A stretch of DNA of 64,000 nt from assembly GCA_964484505.1 (NCBI GenBank), contig CAZAFB010000004.1, positions 23,265 through 87,264 on the forward strand, in the 5' to 3' direction. Shown in pieces: positions 1 through 10,367 of the stretch. This DNA is from an uncultured Bdellovibrionales bacterium. GTDB taxonomy: Bacteria; Patescibacteriota; Minisyncoccia; Moranbacterales; GWC2-37-73. A model generated the notes under the pieces. It saw only the letters and a list, made by a program, of their open reading frames with translations, had not been told where the DNA came from and did not search any database. The position numbers were made by a program, and so were the translations under genes. The stretch's first letter is position 1; the number at the start of each line of letters is the position of its first letter.

Positions 1-10
1 TCTGGTTGGG

Positions 11-598
11 TTGCAAGTGAGCCACACTGCGGTCATGGGTGAAAATGGTGTTGTCAGGCAAGAGGTGATGAACACGATTGCCAGACAAGTAAAAATGCTT
101 CGTGATGAAAGATGTGATGTATTCCTTTTTGTTTCACGGGTTGCCGAGTATTGTTGCAGCGAAACGTGGACAGGAGATTTGCGGACAATATTCGGAAAGA
201 TCTGCGTGCTGCGGCAATACGCAAATGCTCTAGCGAGGCGCCATATGCAAATATGTCCTCTCGATAGCAATATCAAAACCATCAGAAAGGTGCTCGAGGA
301 GGCTTTTTACCATGAGATGGTGCCGGTAATTTCCAGTGACATTCACAACTTACATGCAAACAGGTCGAATTACTCATGCTTTATTTCCGACGATATTTAT
401 TTCGCGTCTCTTTGCTCGATGTTGAAAGCCGATGTTGCCGTGATTGTTGCGGACAAGGCGGAAGTAAACATGAAGGCAGATGAGCTTGAAAATGTTTTTC
501 CCTCCGACATGACTGTCAAAATGACCGTCTATTATCAGCCTGACTTCTTGTTGAATGCTGTTAATCCCGTGTCTGATCCCAAGCATCGCGTGGCCTGA
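11..598 (+). CDS. Hypothetical protein, distantly amino-acid-kinase (glutamate 5-kinase-like) fold; start uncertain, may begin before the window
   Basis: Segments IARQVKMLRDE-CDVFLFVS, MVPVISSD and DDIYFASLCSMLKADVAVIV echo the ProB layout, but catalytic motifs (SSGA, NEND) are not intact. Confidence 0.4.
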   Translation: MQVSHTAVMGENGVVRQEVMNTIARQVKMLRDERCDVFLFVSRVAEYCCSETWTGDLRTIFGKICVLRQYANALARRHMQICPLDSNIKTIRKVLEEAFYHEMVPVISSDIHNLHANRSNYSCFISDDIYFASLCSMLKADVAVIVADKAEVNMKADELENVFPSDMTVKMTVYYQPDFLLNAVNPVSDPKHRVA

Positions 599-630
599 AT
601 TTCCAACTTTACCTTTCAAACTGTTTTTTG

Positions 631-666
631 GGGCGCAGCCAACGCGCTGCGCCCGCCTATTTTTTG
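631..666 (+). terminator. Intrinsic terminator-like hairpin
   Basis: GGGCGCAGC/GCTGCGCCC stem followed by a T-rich run. Confidence 0.55.
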
Positions 667-746
667 CATAAAAACAGGCATTTGCTATACTTTAGAAGCG
701 CGTTAAAAACGTTATAAATCTTATAAGTAATATAACTTATACATAT

Positions 747-1973
747 ATGAAACAATCGAAACTGTTTACCAAAACTCAAAAAGAAATTTCCAAGGATGAA
801 ATAAGTGTTAATGCGCAACTTTTGATTCGCGCTGGTTTTATCGATAAATTGATGGCGGGTGTATATACGATTTTACCTTTAGGACTTCGTGTGATGAAAA
901 AGATCGAAAACATTATTCGTGAAGAAATGAATGCTATTGATGGGCAGGAAATATTTATGCCAACACTGCAACCCAAAGATAATTGGATTAAGACGGGACG
1001 TTGGAGCACGATGGATGATTTATATAAGGTAAAAGATTCAAGTGATCGTGAAATGGCAATGGGCCCAACACATGAAGAAGTTGTCGTTCCTCTTATGAAG
1101 CGCTTCGTTAATTCATATAAGGATTTGCCTTTTGCTGCTTATCAATTTCAGAATAAGTTTCGCATGGAGTTGCGTTCCAAGTCTGGAATTTTGCGCGGAC
1201 GCGAATTTATTATGAAAGACCTGTATTCATTCCATATTGATGAAGAGAGCCTAGACGCATATTATGAGCGTGCCAAACAAGCTTACTTCAACATATTTGA
1301 ACGTTTTGGTCTTAAAGATCAAACATATCTCACATATGCTTCAGGTGGAAGTTTTTCCAAATATTCTCACGAATATCAAACAGTTACATCTGCAGGCGAA
1401 GATATTATTCACATATGTACAAAATGCAAATTAGCAGTGAATAAGGAAATCAAGGATGAGGTAGTTGAATGCATTGAATGTGGAAACAGGGAATTTACTG
1501 AGGAAAAATCTATAGAAGTTGGAAATATTTTTAAACTGAAAAATAAATATACAAAACCATTTGATTTGAGGGTGAAGGATAAAAAAGGTGAAGATGTGGA
1601 AGTTGTGATGGGTTGTTATGGTATCGGTCTGGGAAGATCAATGGGAACAATCGTGGAAGTTCATCATGATGACAAGGGAATTATTTGGCCAGAAAGCGTG
1701 GCGCCGTTTGCAGTGCACTTGATTAGCCTTGGTCAAAACCACGAGGCGGAGAAAATATATACGATGTTAAATAATGCAGGAATCGAAGTGCTCTATGACG
1801 ATCGTGAGGCGAGTGCGGGAGAAAAATTTGCGGACAGTGATTTGATCGGCATCCCGAACCGCATCGTCGTTTCCAAAAAATCTTTGGAAAATGGCGGCGT
1901 CGAATTCAAGCGCCGCGGTTCACAGGAAAGTGAGATTGTGAAAATCGGGGATTTGGTTGCAAAAATAAAATAA
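747..1973 (+). CDS. proS: Prolyl-tRNA synthetase, short form without editing insertion
   Basis: GPTHEE, FRMELRSKSGILRGREFIMKDLYSFH, IEVGNIFKL, MGCYGIG and anticodon-binding C-terminus. Confidence 0.95.
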   Translation: MKQSKLFTKTQKEISKDEISVNAQLLIRAGFIDKLMAGVYTILPLGLRVMKKIENIIREEMNAIDGQEIFMPTLQPKDNWIKTGRWSTMDDLYKVKDSSDREMAMGPTHEEVVVPLMKRFVNSYKDLPFAAYQFQNKFRMELRSKSGILRGREFIMKDLYSFHIDEESLDAYYERAKQAYFNIFERFGLKDQTYLTYASGGSFSKYSHEYQTVTSAGEDIIHICTKCKLAVNKEIKDEVVECIECGNREFTEEKSIEVGNIFKLKNKYTKPFDLRVKDKKGEDVEVVMGCYGIGLGRSMGTIVEVHHDDKGIIWPESVAPFAVHLISLGQNHEAEKIYTMLNNAGIEVLYDDREASAGEKFADSDLIGIPNRIVVSKKSLENGGVEFKRRGSQESEIVKIGDLVAKIK

Positions 1974-1988
1974 TTTGAAAAATAGTAG

Positions 1989-2972
1989 ATGAAAAATGTT
2001 ATCGAAGTAAAAAATTTAAGCAAGACTTTTTCACACATACAGAAAAAGCCAGGGATTGGGAATTCTTTGCGCAATCTTTTTGCTGCTGAAAAGAGAGAAA
2101 CTCACGCTGTGAAAGACGTTAGCTTCTCGATTAGAGAAGGTGAATTAGTGGGATTTTTGGGACCAAATGGCGCAGGAAAAACGACAACCTTAAAAATGCT
2201 TTCTGGAATACTTACGCCGACAAACGGTGAGTTGAGTGTGCTTGGTTTCGAACCGATCAAGAGACAAAAAGATTATCAAATGCAGTTCGCTTTTGTAATG
2301 GGTCAAAAAAGCCAACTTTGGTGGGATCTTCCGCCGATGGAAAGTTTTTTGTTGAATCAAAAAATATATGAAGTCGATGATGAAAAATTTCAAAAAACAT
2401 TGGATGAATTGGTTGAGCTTTTAGATGTTGGTCATATTTTGGACAAGCAAGTGAGGCAATTGTCATTGGGTGAGAGGATGAAGTGTGAATTGATTGCAGC
2501 GCTCTTGCATGAACCAAAAGTGTTGCTACTTGATGAACCGACGATCGGTTTGGATGTGGTTGCGCAAAAAAATATCCGTGATTTCATTAAAAAATACAAC
2601 GAGCAAAGAAAAACCACGATCATGCTTACTTCGCATTATATGGAAGATATCGCCCAGCTTTGCGAGAGGATTATTATTATCGATCATGGTGCGGTGATTT
2701 ATGATGGATCAATTGATCAGTTTATTAATAAATATGCTGGCACTAAGAAGATCACGGTATATTTTGAAAAGGAAGTGGAGAGATCAGACGTGGAAAGATT
2801 CGGCAAATTGAAATCATTAAATCCATTGGAAGCGGTTTTTGATGTCGAACGTCAAAAAATGAAAGAAATAGCCAGCGCCATAATCACTTCAGATCTTCCG
2901 GTTAAAGATATCGACATTACCGAAGAAGACATCGAGTCGATCATTAGAAATATCTTCACAAAGAAACAGTGA
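1989..2972 (+). CDS. ABC transporter ATP-binding protein
   Basis: Walker A GPNGAGKTT, signature LSLGERMK, Walker B LLLDEPT. Confidence 0.92.
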   Translation: MKNVIEVKNLSKTFSHIQKKPGIGNSLRNLFAAEKRETHAVKDVSFSIREGELVGFLGPNGAGKTTTLKMLSGILTPTNGELSVLGFEPIKRQKDYQMQFAFVMGQKSQLWWDLPPMESFLLNQKIYEVDDEKFQKTLDELVELLDVGHILDKQVRQLSLGERMKCELIAALLHEPKVLLLDEPTIGLDVVAQKNIRDFIKKYNEQRKTTIMLTSHYMEDIAQLCERIIIIDHGAVIYDGSIDQFINKYAGTKKITVYFEKEVERSDVERFGKLKSLNPLEAVFDVERQKMKEIASAIITSDLPVKDIDITEEDIESIIRNIFTKKQ

Positions 2973-3763
2973 TGGGTAAATATATCCAAGTGATCAAAAA
3001 CAGCTTTGCGCGCAATATCGTGTATCGTACAAACGTGTTCGCGATGCTTTTTTCCGACCTGATAGTATTCGGCGTCTTCTTTTATTTTTGGAGCAGTATT
3101 TATCGCGAAGGCCATCAAGTCGGCACGTATACGTTGGCATCCATCGTTTCTTATTATTTGGCAGTTAATCTTTTCGGATTGCTTATCAAGGGTGATGATA
3201 TCGCGTGGAGAGTTGGCGACGAAATAAGATTTGGTCAAATCACTTCCTCTTTGCTCAAGCCGATTCACTATGTTTTGTATAAGTTTTCGCAGTCGATCGG
3301 CGGCTTGATTTTACGTTTGGTAGTTGTATTTTTTTCCATCACTGCGATATCGCTGTTGTTTGGTCAATATATCGATTTGCCCGATGATCCTTTGCGCGTT
3401 GTGTATTTTTTGATTTCACTTTCATTGGGATGGCTTATTTATTTTTTTCTGTTTCTTTGCGTCGGGATTGCGACTTTTTGGATTGGCATGGCTAAGGGGC
3501 TCAATTTTTCATTAAGCGTAGTTGCAGGTTTTTTGGAAGGAAGTGTGATTCCGCTTGATTTGCTCGGATCCGGATTTTTGAAAATTTCAAATTTTCTTCC
3601 TTTTAAATATATTATTTTTATGCCCGTGAGCATCTATTTGGGACGTGTACCGCTGTCAATTTCTCAACTGCTGATCCCTTTATGCTGGGCGACATTTTTT
3701 ATTTTGCTGTCGTTTATATTATTTAAATCAGGGTTAAAACGTTATGAAGCTTTTGGCGCGTAA
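2969..3763 (+). CDS. ABC-2 type transporter permease (DUF990-like)
   Basis: About six hydrophobic segments, EIRFGQITSSLLKP motif, overlaps the ATPase stop codon. Confidence 0.85.
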   Translation: MMGKYIQVIKNSFARNIVYRTNVFAMLFSDLIVFGVFFYFWSSIYREGHQVGTYTLASIVSYYLAVNLFGLLIKGDDIAWRVGDEIRFGQITSSLLKPIHYVLYKFSQSIGGLILRLVVVFFSITAISLLFGQYIDLPDDPLRVVYFLISLSLGWLIYFFLFLCVGIATFWIGMAKGLNFSLSVVAGFLEGSVIPLDLLGSGFLKISNFLPFKYIIFMPVSIYLGRVPLSISQLLIPLCWATFFILLSFILFKSGLKRYEAFGA

Positions 3764-4559
3764 TCTTAGAAAATATTTCTCCATCTTTTTGCAGATGCAA
3801 AAAATAGGACTTATGAATCGCATGGCATATCGCTGGAGCTTTTTATTTATGGTGGTTTCGGTTTTTTTGCAAATGGTTCTAAGTGTAATTTTCATCAACG
3901 TTACCTTTGAATATATCCCTTCGGTTGCTGGCTGGAATTATCACTCAGTATTGATCGTGGTTGCTTCCTATATGATTATTGAAGGAGTTATGTGGGCTTG
4001 TTTTGCCCAATTGGGTGCTGTTTATAATCATATTTACGAGGGAACATTAGACGGTCTTTTGCTGAAGCCGATCGATGCACAATTTTTTGTGAGTGTTTGG
4101 AGAGGTGATACGGAGGATATTACGCGAATTGTAACTGGTCTTATGTTGCTTTTATATTCTTTGACGTCATTTAATTTTAATGGGTGGCATTTAATTGGTG
4201 TTTTAACTATGTATCTCCTGTTGATTTTCAATGGTGCTGTGGTTATTTACAGTATAAATCTGTTAGTGCGGACATTGAACTTTTTTATTATTGATGCCAA
4301 GAGCGTGTGGACGATTATCGAGTCGATTACTAGGATGTCGCAATATCCAACCGATATCTTTTTCCACAAAGCCGTGCGAATTGCCGCTATGACAGTCCTG
4401 CCCTTAGCTTTCATTGCGACAGTGCCGGCAAAAATTGTCGCCTTCGGTTTTGATTGGAAATTGATCCTCGGTTCTTTCGCGGTGACCTTGGTTTTTTTCT
4501 CGCTTTCACGCGCAATGTGGAAATTCTCTTTGAAACATTATTCAAGCGCCAGCAGTTGA
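3744..4559 (+). CDS. ABC-2 type transporter permease (DUF990-like)
   Basis: GTLDGLLLKPID, QYPTDIF and C-terminal YSSASS typical of this permease pair. Confidence 0.85.
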   Translation: MKLLARNLRKYFSIFLQMQKIGLMNRMAYRWSFLFMVVSVFLQMVLSVIFINVTFEYIPSVAGWNYHSVLIVVASYMIIEGVMWACFAQLGAVYNHIYEGTLDGLLLKPIDAQFFVSVWRGDTEDITRIVTGLMLLLYSLTSFNFNGWHLIGVLTMYLLLIFNGAVVIYSINLLVRTLNFFIIDAKSVWTIIESITRMSQYPTDIFFHKAVRIAAMTVLPLAFIATVPAKIVAFGFDWKLILGSFAVTLVFFSLSRAMWKFSLKHYSSASS

Positions 4560-4585
4560 TCAGAAGAGTTTATTGAGAAATGAAG

Positions 4586-4617
4586 AAAGGCGGGCTCAAG
4601 TTTGAGTCCGCCTTTTT
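4586..4617. terminator. Probable bidirectional terminator
   Basis: AAAGGCGGGCTCAA/TTGAGTCCGCCTTT stem between convergent genes. Confidence 0.7.
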
Positions 4618-4629
4618 GGCAGGTATTTT

Positions 4630-5085
4630 TTATAATTTTTTTATGGCTTTTTCAATAAACTCCCTGGTGAGGCATCCATCACAGATTATCTTTCCATTGA
4701 GAAATTCTTGTAGTGCTCTCTCTGCGCAAAAAGCCATCATTGAATCGGAAATGTTGATTTCCGAGTGCTTCTTGTACATCTCGATTACAGCCACGTCGGT
4801 TATCAAGGAAACATGGGTGGCGCTAAATACGGAGGTGTTTCCAAAGACCTTTTCTGCTTCAGAAAGAACATCCACGTTAAGATCATCTTCAGGAAGCAAT
4901 ATTCCAAGCGCCCCCAAGATGTCTCGCGTACTTTTTTTGCAGCAGTTGCATTTTATTGACGCCAATGCAGGCTGCACATAAATTTCCACTTCAAGGCGGA
5001 ATTCGCCACCCCTGTTTGACAAGCTAATGCTCAAGGGTATAGTGATTACCAATTCGCCGCCAACCGTGATTTTTTCTGCAAGCAT
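4630..5085 (-). CDS. Hypothetical Cys-containing protein
   Basis: Open frame; GGAGGG Shine-Dalgarno before the ATG at 5085; CNCC and CDGC motifs. Confidence 0.6.
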   Translation of the reverse strand: MLAEKITVGGELVITIPLSISLSNRGGEFRLEVEIYVQPALASIKCNCCKKSTRDILGALGILLPEDDLNVDVLSEAEKVFGNTSVFSATHVSLITDVAVIEMYKKHSEINISDSMMAFCAERALQEFLNGKIICDGCLTREFIEKAIKKL

Positions 5086-5197
5086 CTTAAGCCCTCCAAT
5101 GGAATTTTTTGTGGTCATTGACCGCAAAAATGATAGCGTAAAAAGGCATTTCTGTCAACCCTTTTGTTTTACTTGAAATTAAAGTATAATTGTGCCT

Positions 5198-6088
5198 ATG
5201 ACAAAGATAACACTTTCAAAATATGCCGGGTTTTGCGAGGGGGTGGCGCGGGCATATGAAATGGTCGAAAAATTGGCGGCTGATCCAAATGTAAGGCGGC
5301 CGATTGCCGTGCTTGGTTCACTGGTTCACAACAGTGATGTTGTTGCACGTGTGGAAGCGATGGGCATCAAAAAGATAAATATCGATCGGCCAATTGATGA
5401 AATAATTTCTTCTTTGAAGGGAAAGATCGGGACACTGGTGATCACAGCCCATGGTATGGGGCCTAAGATTTATGACATGATTCAAGGAGCCGGAATCGAT
5501 ATCGTGGACACGACTTGTCCAAGAGTGATCAAGGTGCAACGTTTGGCGAAGGCTTTTTATGAACGCAACACCCAGATCGTTATTGTGGGTGATTGCAAAC
5601 ACAGCGAAGTGCGCGGTATCAATGAGTGGGGTGGTGAAAGCGCTGTGCTTATTGAAGATCAAAAGGGCTTGGACAATTTGGCGCTTGATGAAAAGCGACC
5701 GGTGGTTGTGCTTTCGCAGACGACTCAAAATGAAGACTTTGTGCGCTATGCGGAAGAAGAAATCGCCAAAAAATATCCTGACACGACGATCATGAATTCG
5801 ATCTGCATGACTACGCATGACCGTCAAAAAGAAATCCGTGATCTGGCTGCCCAAAAAGATGTGATGATCGTTATTGGATCGTTGGAAAGCGCCAACTCGA
5901 ACAGACTTTTCCAAATCGCTAAATCAGTGAACCCGCGTTCATATTTCGTGCAACATTCGGAGGAACTGAAAAAAGAATGGTTCAATGGCTGCAGCACTAT
6001 TGGCATCAGCGCCGGTGCTTCAACTCCGCAGTGGATTATAGAAGAAGTGATCAAAGATGTGGAATCAATAGCGATCAGTGAGCAATGA
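5198..6088 (+). CDS. ispH: 4-hydroxy-3-methylbut-2-enyl diphosphate reductase
   Basis: GFCEGV, LVHN, TAHG, DTTCPRV, HSEV, SQTT, IC-TT-DRQ, SANS and GASTP motifs. Confidence 0.95.
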   Translation: MTKITLSKYAGFCEGVARAYEMVEKLAADPNVRRPIAVLGSLVHNSDVVARVEAMGIKKINIDRPIDEIISSLKGKIGTLVITAHGMGPKIYDMIQGAGIDIVDTTCPRVIKVQRLAKAFYERNTQIVIVGDCKHSEVRGINEWGGESAVLIEDQKGLDNLALDEKRPVVVLSQTTQNEDFVRYAEEEIAKKYPDTTIMNSICMTTHDRQKEIRDLAAQKDVMIVIGSLESANSNRLFQIAKSVNPRSYFVQHSEELKKEWFNGCSTIGISAGASTPQWIIEEVIKDVESIAISEQ

Positions 6089-6196
6089 TCAAAAAATGCA
6101 AAACAAAAAACCAGATGCATATAACCGGGCTTATAATTTACTTTTAAAGAGCTTTTTGCTATAATTGAAGCATAAATAATCTTTTTATTTAAATAC

Positions 6197-7009
6197 ATGG
6201 CTAAGATCATGTTAGTGGAGGATGATCCGATGATTGCGGAAATTTACATGAAGAAATTTTCCGCTGCCGGTTTTGAAATGACCAATGCAACAACCGGGAA
6301 AGAAGTTTTGAAATTGGCCGGGGAAAATAAATTTGACCTGATCCTTTTGGATATGGTCATCCCTGAACTTACCGGTCTGGAGGTGCTCAAAGAGCTCAAA
6401 CATAGCGGCAACTATGTTCCGGTACCGCGAGTGGTTGTGTTCAGTAATCTCAACGAGACCGATACGCAAACCGAGGCCTTAAAACTTGGCGCGGATGGTT
6501 TTATTGGTAAATCGGAACACAGTCCTTCGGAAATTGTGGAGGAAGTGAAAAGGTTACTTGTGGAATTTTCTGAAAAAGAAAAACATCAAGTTGGAAGTTT
6601 AGCTTCTGTCGCCCCACAGCAAACAAGTCCGGCAAAAAGGGTACTGCTAATCGAAGACGAAGAAATATTTTTGGAAATGTTCGGCAAAAAATTGGAAGAC
6701 GTCGGCTTTGAAGTCGGCTATGCCAGCAATGGAGCTTGGGGTCTGAAAGAGGCTTTGGAAAACAAATATGACATTGTTGTCACTGATATCGTGATGCCGG
6801 CATTGAGCGGAGAAGAAATAATCCAAAAACTTCATGAGGATGAGAAAACTGCGAAGATTCCGGTAATTGTGCTTTCTGCATCCGTGGACCAGGATGTTCA
6901 AAAGAGAGTGGAGGATATGGGGATTGCTGATTTTTTCGTTAAAACCAAAATCGTGCCTAGTGATCTTTCACGTCGTATTGAGGAACTGATCGGCCCGGCA
7001 CGAAGTTAA
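6197..7009 (+). CDS. Response regulator with two receiver domains, no output domain
   Basis: Two REC repeats: LVEDD..LLDMVIP..K and LIEDE..VTDIVMP..K. Confidence 0.9.
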   Translation: MAKIMLVEDDPMIAEIYMKKFSAAGFEMTNATTGKEVLKLAGENKFDLILLDMVIPELTGLEVLKELKHSGNYVPVPRVVVFSNLNETDTQTEALKLGADGFIGKSEHSPSEIVEEVKRLLVEFSEKEKHQVGSLASVAPQQTSPAKRVLLIEDEEIFLEMFGKKLEDVGFEVGYASNGAWGLKEALENKYDIVVTDIVMPALSGEEIIQKLHEDEKTAKIPVIVLSASVDQDVQKRVEDMGIADFFVKTKIVPSDLSRRIEELIGPARS

Positions 7010-7027
7010 AGCCACACACATTTTTTT

Positions 7028-8347
7028 ATGAGTAGAATTCTCATTAGTCAGACTCCCGAGCATATCGGAGAGAAAGTTTCGCTTGCCGGTTGGGTGCACG
7101 TGCGCCGCGATCATGGCAAGCTTGTTTTCATTGATCTGCGTGACCGCAGTGGTATCATTCAGACAGTGATTATTCCGGATGGCGTGAAAGCGTATGAAAT
7201 TGCCAAAGACATTCGTAGCGGTGCGGTCGTGCGTATGGAAGGCATAGTCAAAGAACGTCCGGCCAGTGCTTGCAACAATGAAACACCGATTGGTTGTGTT
7301 GAGCTGGAAGTTTCCGATATTTTCGTGCTCTCACGATCGGAAGGCGATTTGCCAATCGATATTTCTCAAGAAAAGATGGATCTTCAGTTGGAAACACTGC
7401 TTAATAATCGCATGCTTGCCATTCGCAATCCTCGGGTTGCTGCAATTTTCAGGATATATGCCGAACTTTTGCATGCATATGCTGATATCATGCGAGCGGA
7501 TGGATTTTTGGAAATAAAAACGCCTAAAATCGTGGAAGCGGCAACCGAAGGTGGTGCGAACGTTTTCAAGATCAAATATTTCGAGCGTGATGCTTTTTTG
7601 GCGCAAAGTCCGCAATTCTACAAACAAGCAGGTGCAGGCGCTTTTGAGCGCGTTTTTGAAATCGGACCGGTCTTTCGAGCAGAGCCGCATTACACGACAA
7701 GGCATGTTAATGAATATATCTCTCTGGATGCGGAAATGGCTTTTATTGAGGGAATTGAAGATCTCATGAAGCAAATAGAAAAAATGCTCTCTTTTGTGAT
7801 GGCTTCAATAGAACAACTATGTGTAGGGGAATTGGCGGCATATGGCGCAAGAGTGCCAAAAGTTGGTGTTATTCCACGGATGAAATTGACTGAAGCTTTG
7901 GATATTTTGGACAAACAATATGGCAAAAAGATGGAAGAAGTGGACATTGATCCGGAAGGCGAGAGGCTTATTTGCGAATGGGTCAAAAAGACTTATGATA
8001 GCGATTTTGTTTTCTTAACCCACTATCCCAAAAGTATTCGACCTTTTTATGCAATGCCTGGACCCGATCCTCAATATACGGAAAGTTTTGATCTTCTTTT
8101 TCGTGGGGTGGAAATTGCAACCGGCGGACAGAGGATTCATGACTACAAACAATTGGTAGCCAGTATCAAAAGTTTCGGTTTGGAGCCGGAGGCGTTTTCC
8201 GGATATTTGGAAATGTTTCGAAATGGTATGCCGCCACATGGCGGTTGGGGTATGGGCAGTGAAAGAATTGTGCAGCGCCTTTTGGAATTGGGCAGCATTA
8301 AAGAAGCCGTGCTGTTTCCAAGGGACGTGAAGCGTTTAAGTCCATAG
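7028..8347 (+). CDS. aspS: Aspartyl-tRNA synthetase, archaeal-type short form (probably non-discriminating)
   Basis: OB-fold GWVHVRRDHG, LAQSPQFYKQ, FRAE, GMPPHGGWGMGSER, LFPRD; no GAD insert. Confidence 0.92.
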   Translation: MSRILISQTPEHIGEKVSLAGWVHVRRDHGKLVFIDLRDRSGIIQTVIIPDGVKAYEIAKDIRSGAVVRMEGIVKERPASACNNETPIGCVELEVSDIFVLSRSEGDLPIDISQEKMDLQLETLLNNRMLAIRNPRVAAIFRIYAELLHAYADIMRADGFLEIKTPKIVEAATEGGANVFKIKYFERDAFLAQSPQFYKQAGAGAFERVFEIGPVFRAEPHYTTRHVNEYISLDAEMAFIEGIEDLMKQIEKMLSFVMASIEQLCVGELAAYGARVPKVGVIPRMKLTEALDILDKQYGKKMEEVDIDPEGERLICEWVKKTYDSDFVFLTHYPKSIRPFYAMPGPDPQYTESFDLLFRGVEIATGGQRIHDYKQLVASIKSFGLEPEAFSGYLEMFRNGMPPHGGWGMGSERIVQRLLELGSIKEAVLFPRDVKRLSP

Positions 8348-8428
8348 GCGACTCTAATACTCGAATTTGCCACCCTAATGACTCTAATATTTGGGTCAGT
8401 AGATTGCTTATTGGTAAATTAGAGTCGC
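8348..8428. repeat. Periodic palindromic spacer element (CTCTAAT/ATTAGAG variant)
   Basis: GCGACTCTAAT...ATTAGAGTCGC terminal inverted repeat with internal CTAAT/CGAAT units. Confidence 0.65.
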
Positions 8429-8437
8429 GCAAAAATT

Positions 8438-9613
8438 ATGCAAAAACACAAAGAACATATAGATCACGGAAAAATTCATTTGATCAGCGGTATATCTTTA
8501 GCGCTGGGATTTTCACAGGCGCTGATCCTCTATGTCGTGTCCTCGTTTTATCGAGAGGCTTCCGGCACGGAAAATGTCGGTGTTTTCTATTTCATTTCCA
8601 ATTTGATCGTACTGGTTGGGCTGCTCAACATGCACAAGTTCATCAGAAGAATGGGCAAGGCCACAGTATTTCTGTTTTTCTTTTTTGTGCAGATATGCCT
8701 GGGTGCTTTTTTGGTTATTTCCGGGCCGACATGGTTGGGCGTGCTGATTTTGATGGCGCACTTGATTGCGGTGGATATGGTTTGGGTGTCGCTGGATATT
8801 ATTTTGGAATCATATTCGACTGATCAACAATCTGGCAGAATCAGGGGGTTGCACCTGATGATTATGAACATCGGATTTTTGGCCGGACCTTTTCTTTCCA
8901 CTAGCATTCTTGAGCGCTATGGTTATTCGGAACTTTTTTTCGTCGCCATGCTCATCAACATGCTGATTTTTGTGGTTGCAATGGTGTGGCTTCGCAGAAC
9001 AAGCTATGTTTTTCGGGAACAGCTTACGGTCAAGGATTTGGCGCGCAAGATTTTCGTGAACAAGGAGTTGATGAATATTTATTACGTTTCTTTTCTTCTG
9101 GAATTCTTTTATGCTCTGATGACCATCTACATGCCGCTATATCTTGTCGATCGAGGTTTGGGTTGGGATAAGATCGGTATTATTTTCACAATCATGCTCA
9201 TCCCTTTTGTTTTGGTGGAATATCCGGCTGGGATTTTGGCGGACAAAAAAAGCGGGCATGAAAAAAAGATGATCATCATATCTTTGGTAATTATTGCGCT
9301 TTCGACACTGAGCATCTTTTTTATCAAAGGATCGCACGTTTGGATTTGGGCGGCGGTTTTGTTTGTTACGCGTATCGGCGCGGCGCTTTTGGAAGTATTG
9401 CGCGATTCCTATTTTTACAAGAAAATAGACGGGCGTGATGTCGATATAATCGGTTTTTTCAGGACCGCCAGACCAATATCATATATTATTGCGGCGACTA
9501 TTTCGGCAATGTCCGTGGCTTTATTCGGAGTGAGCGCCGTGTTTGTGGTCATTGCGATTGCGGCTTTGCTGACACTGTTTCCTGCTTTGCGACTAATTGA
9601 TAATAAATGCTGA
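8438..9613 (+). CDS. MFS transporter
   Basis: About 12 hydrophobic helices; PAGILADKK loop motif. Confidence 0.85.
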   Translation: MQKHKEHIDHGKIHLISGISLALGFSQALILYVVSSFYREASGTENVGVFYFISNLIVLVGLLNMHKFIRRMGKATVFLFFFFVQICLGAFLVISGPTWLGVLILMAHLIAVDMVWVSLDIILESYSTDQQSGRIRGLHLMIMNIGFLAGPFLSTSILERYGYSELFFVAMLINMLIFVVAMVWLRRTSYVFREQLTVKDLARKIFVNKELMNIYYVSFLLEFFYALMTIYMPLYLVDRGLGWDKIGIIFTIMLIPFVLVEYPAGILADKKSGHEKKMIIISLVIIALSTLSIFFIKGSHVWIWAAVLFVTRIGAALLEVLRDSYFYKKIDGRDVDIIGFFRTARPISYIIAATISAMSVALFGVSAVFVVIAIAALLTLFPALRLIDNKC

Positions 9614-10323
9614 TGTATAAGATAAGACTGGAACAATTTGAAGGACCGCTTGATTTGCTTTTACAGTTGATTGAAAACGAGAAATTGGATATCACTCGCG
9701 TTTCCTTGGCGCAGGTAACGGATCAATATTTGGAATATATTGATCAGGCGCATGATGTGTCTTTGGCGCATATGGCCGATTTTTTGACAGTTGCTTCGCG
9801 TTTAATTCTGATCAAATCCAAGGCTCTTTTGCCACTTTTGGAATTCACGGAAGAAGAGGAGCAGGAAATACGCGACCTTGAATATTCCTTGGCGCAGTAT
9901 AAGAAATATAAAGAAGCGGCACTTGTCTTGGGCGAGATGTTTTTGAAAGCGATCGGCTTGGTGACTCGTCCGGAGGCCAAATTGGTAAAACCCGTGTTTT
10001 GTCCGCCGGAAGATATCACAGCGGCTGATTTGGAAGCATCATTTTTGCATGTGATTGATGAAATTCCCCAAGCTGAAAAGCTGGAAGAAGAAGCGATTCG
10101 CGAGGTGATTACTTTGGAAGAAAAAATTACGCACCTGCAAGATACTTTGCGCGAAAAAGTACAGGCGTCGTTTGCGGAATTGGTGGCGCACGCGACTGAC
10201 AAAGTTGAAATAGTAGTTTCTTTTTTGGCGATGCTGGAGTTGGTGAAACAAAAACTTATTCATGTGGAGCAAGGTGAACTTTTTTCCGAAATAAAACTCA
10301 AGCATCATGAAAGCACAAAATAA
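9607..10323 (+). CDS. scpA: Segregation and condensation protein A
   Basis: FEGPLDLLLQLI, IKSKALLP, FLAMLELVK. Confidence 0.93.
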   Translation: MLMYKIRLEQFEGPLDLLLQLIENEKLDITRVSLAQVTDQYLEYIDQAHDVSLAHMADFLTVASRLILIKSKALLPLLEFTEEEEQEIRDLEYSLAQYKKYKEAALVLGEMFLKAIGLVTRPEAKLVKPVFCPPEDITAADLEASFLHVIDEIPQAEKLEEEAIREVITLEEKITHLQDTLREKVQASFAELVAHATDKVEIVVSFLAMLELVKQKLIHVEQGELFSEIKLKHHESTK

Positions 10324-10367
10324 TTGCAGTTAAAAACAAGTATAAATTAGTAATTCATGAATCATAT

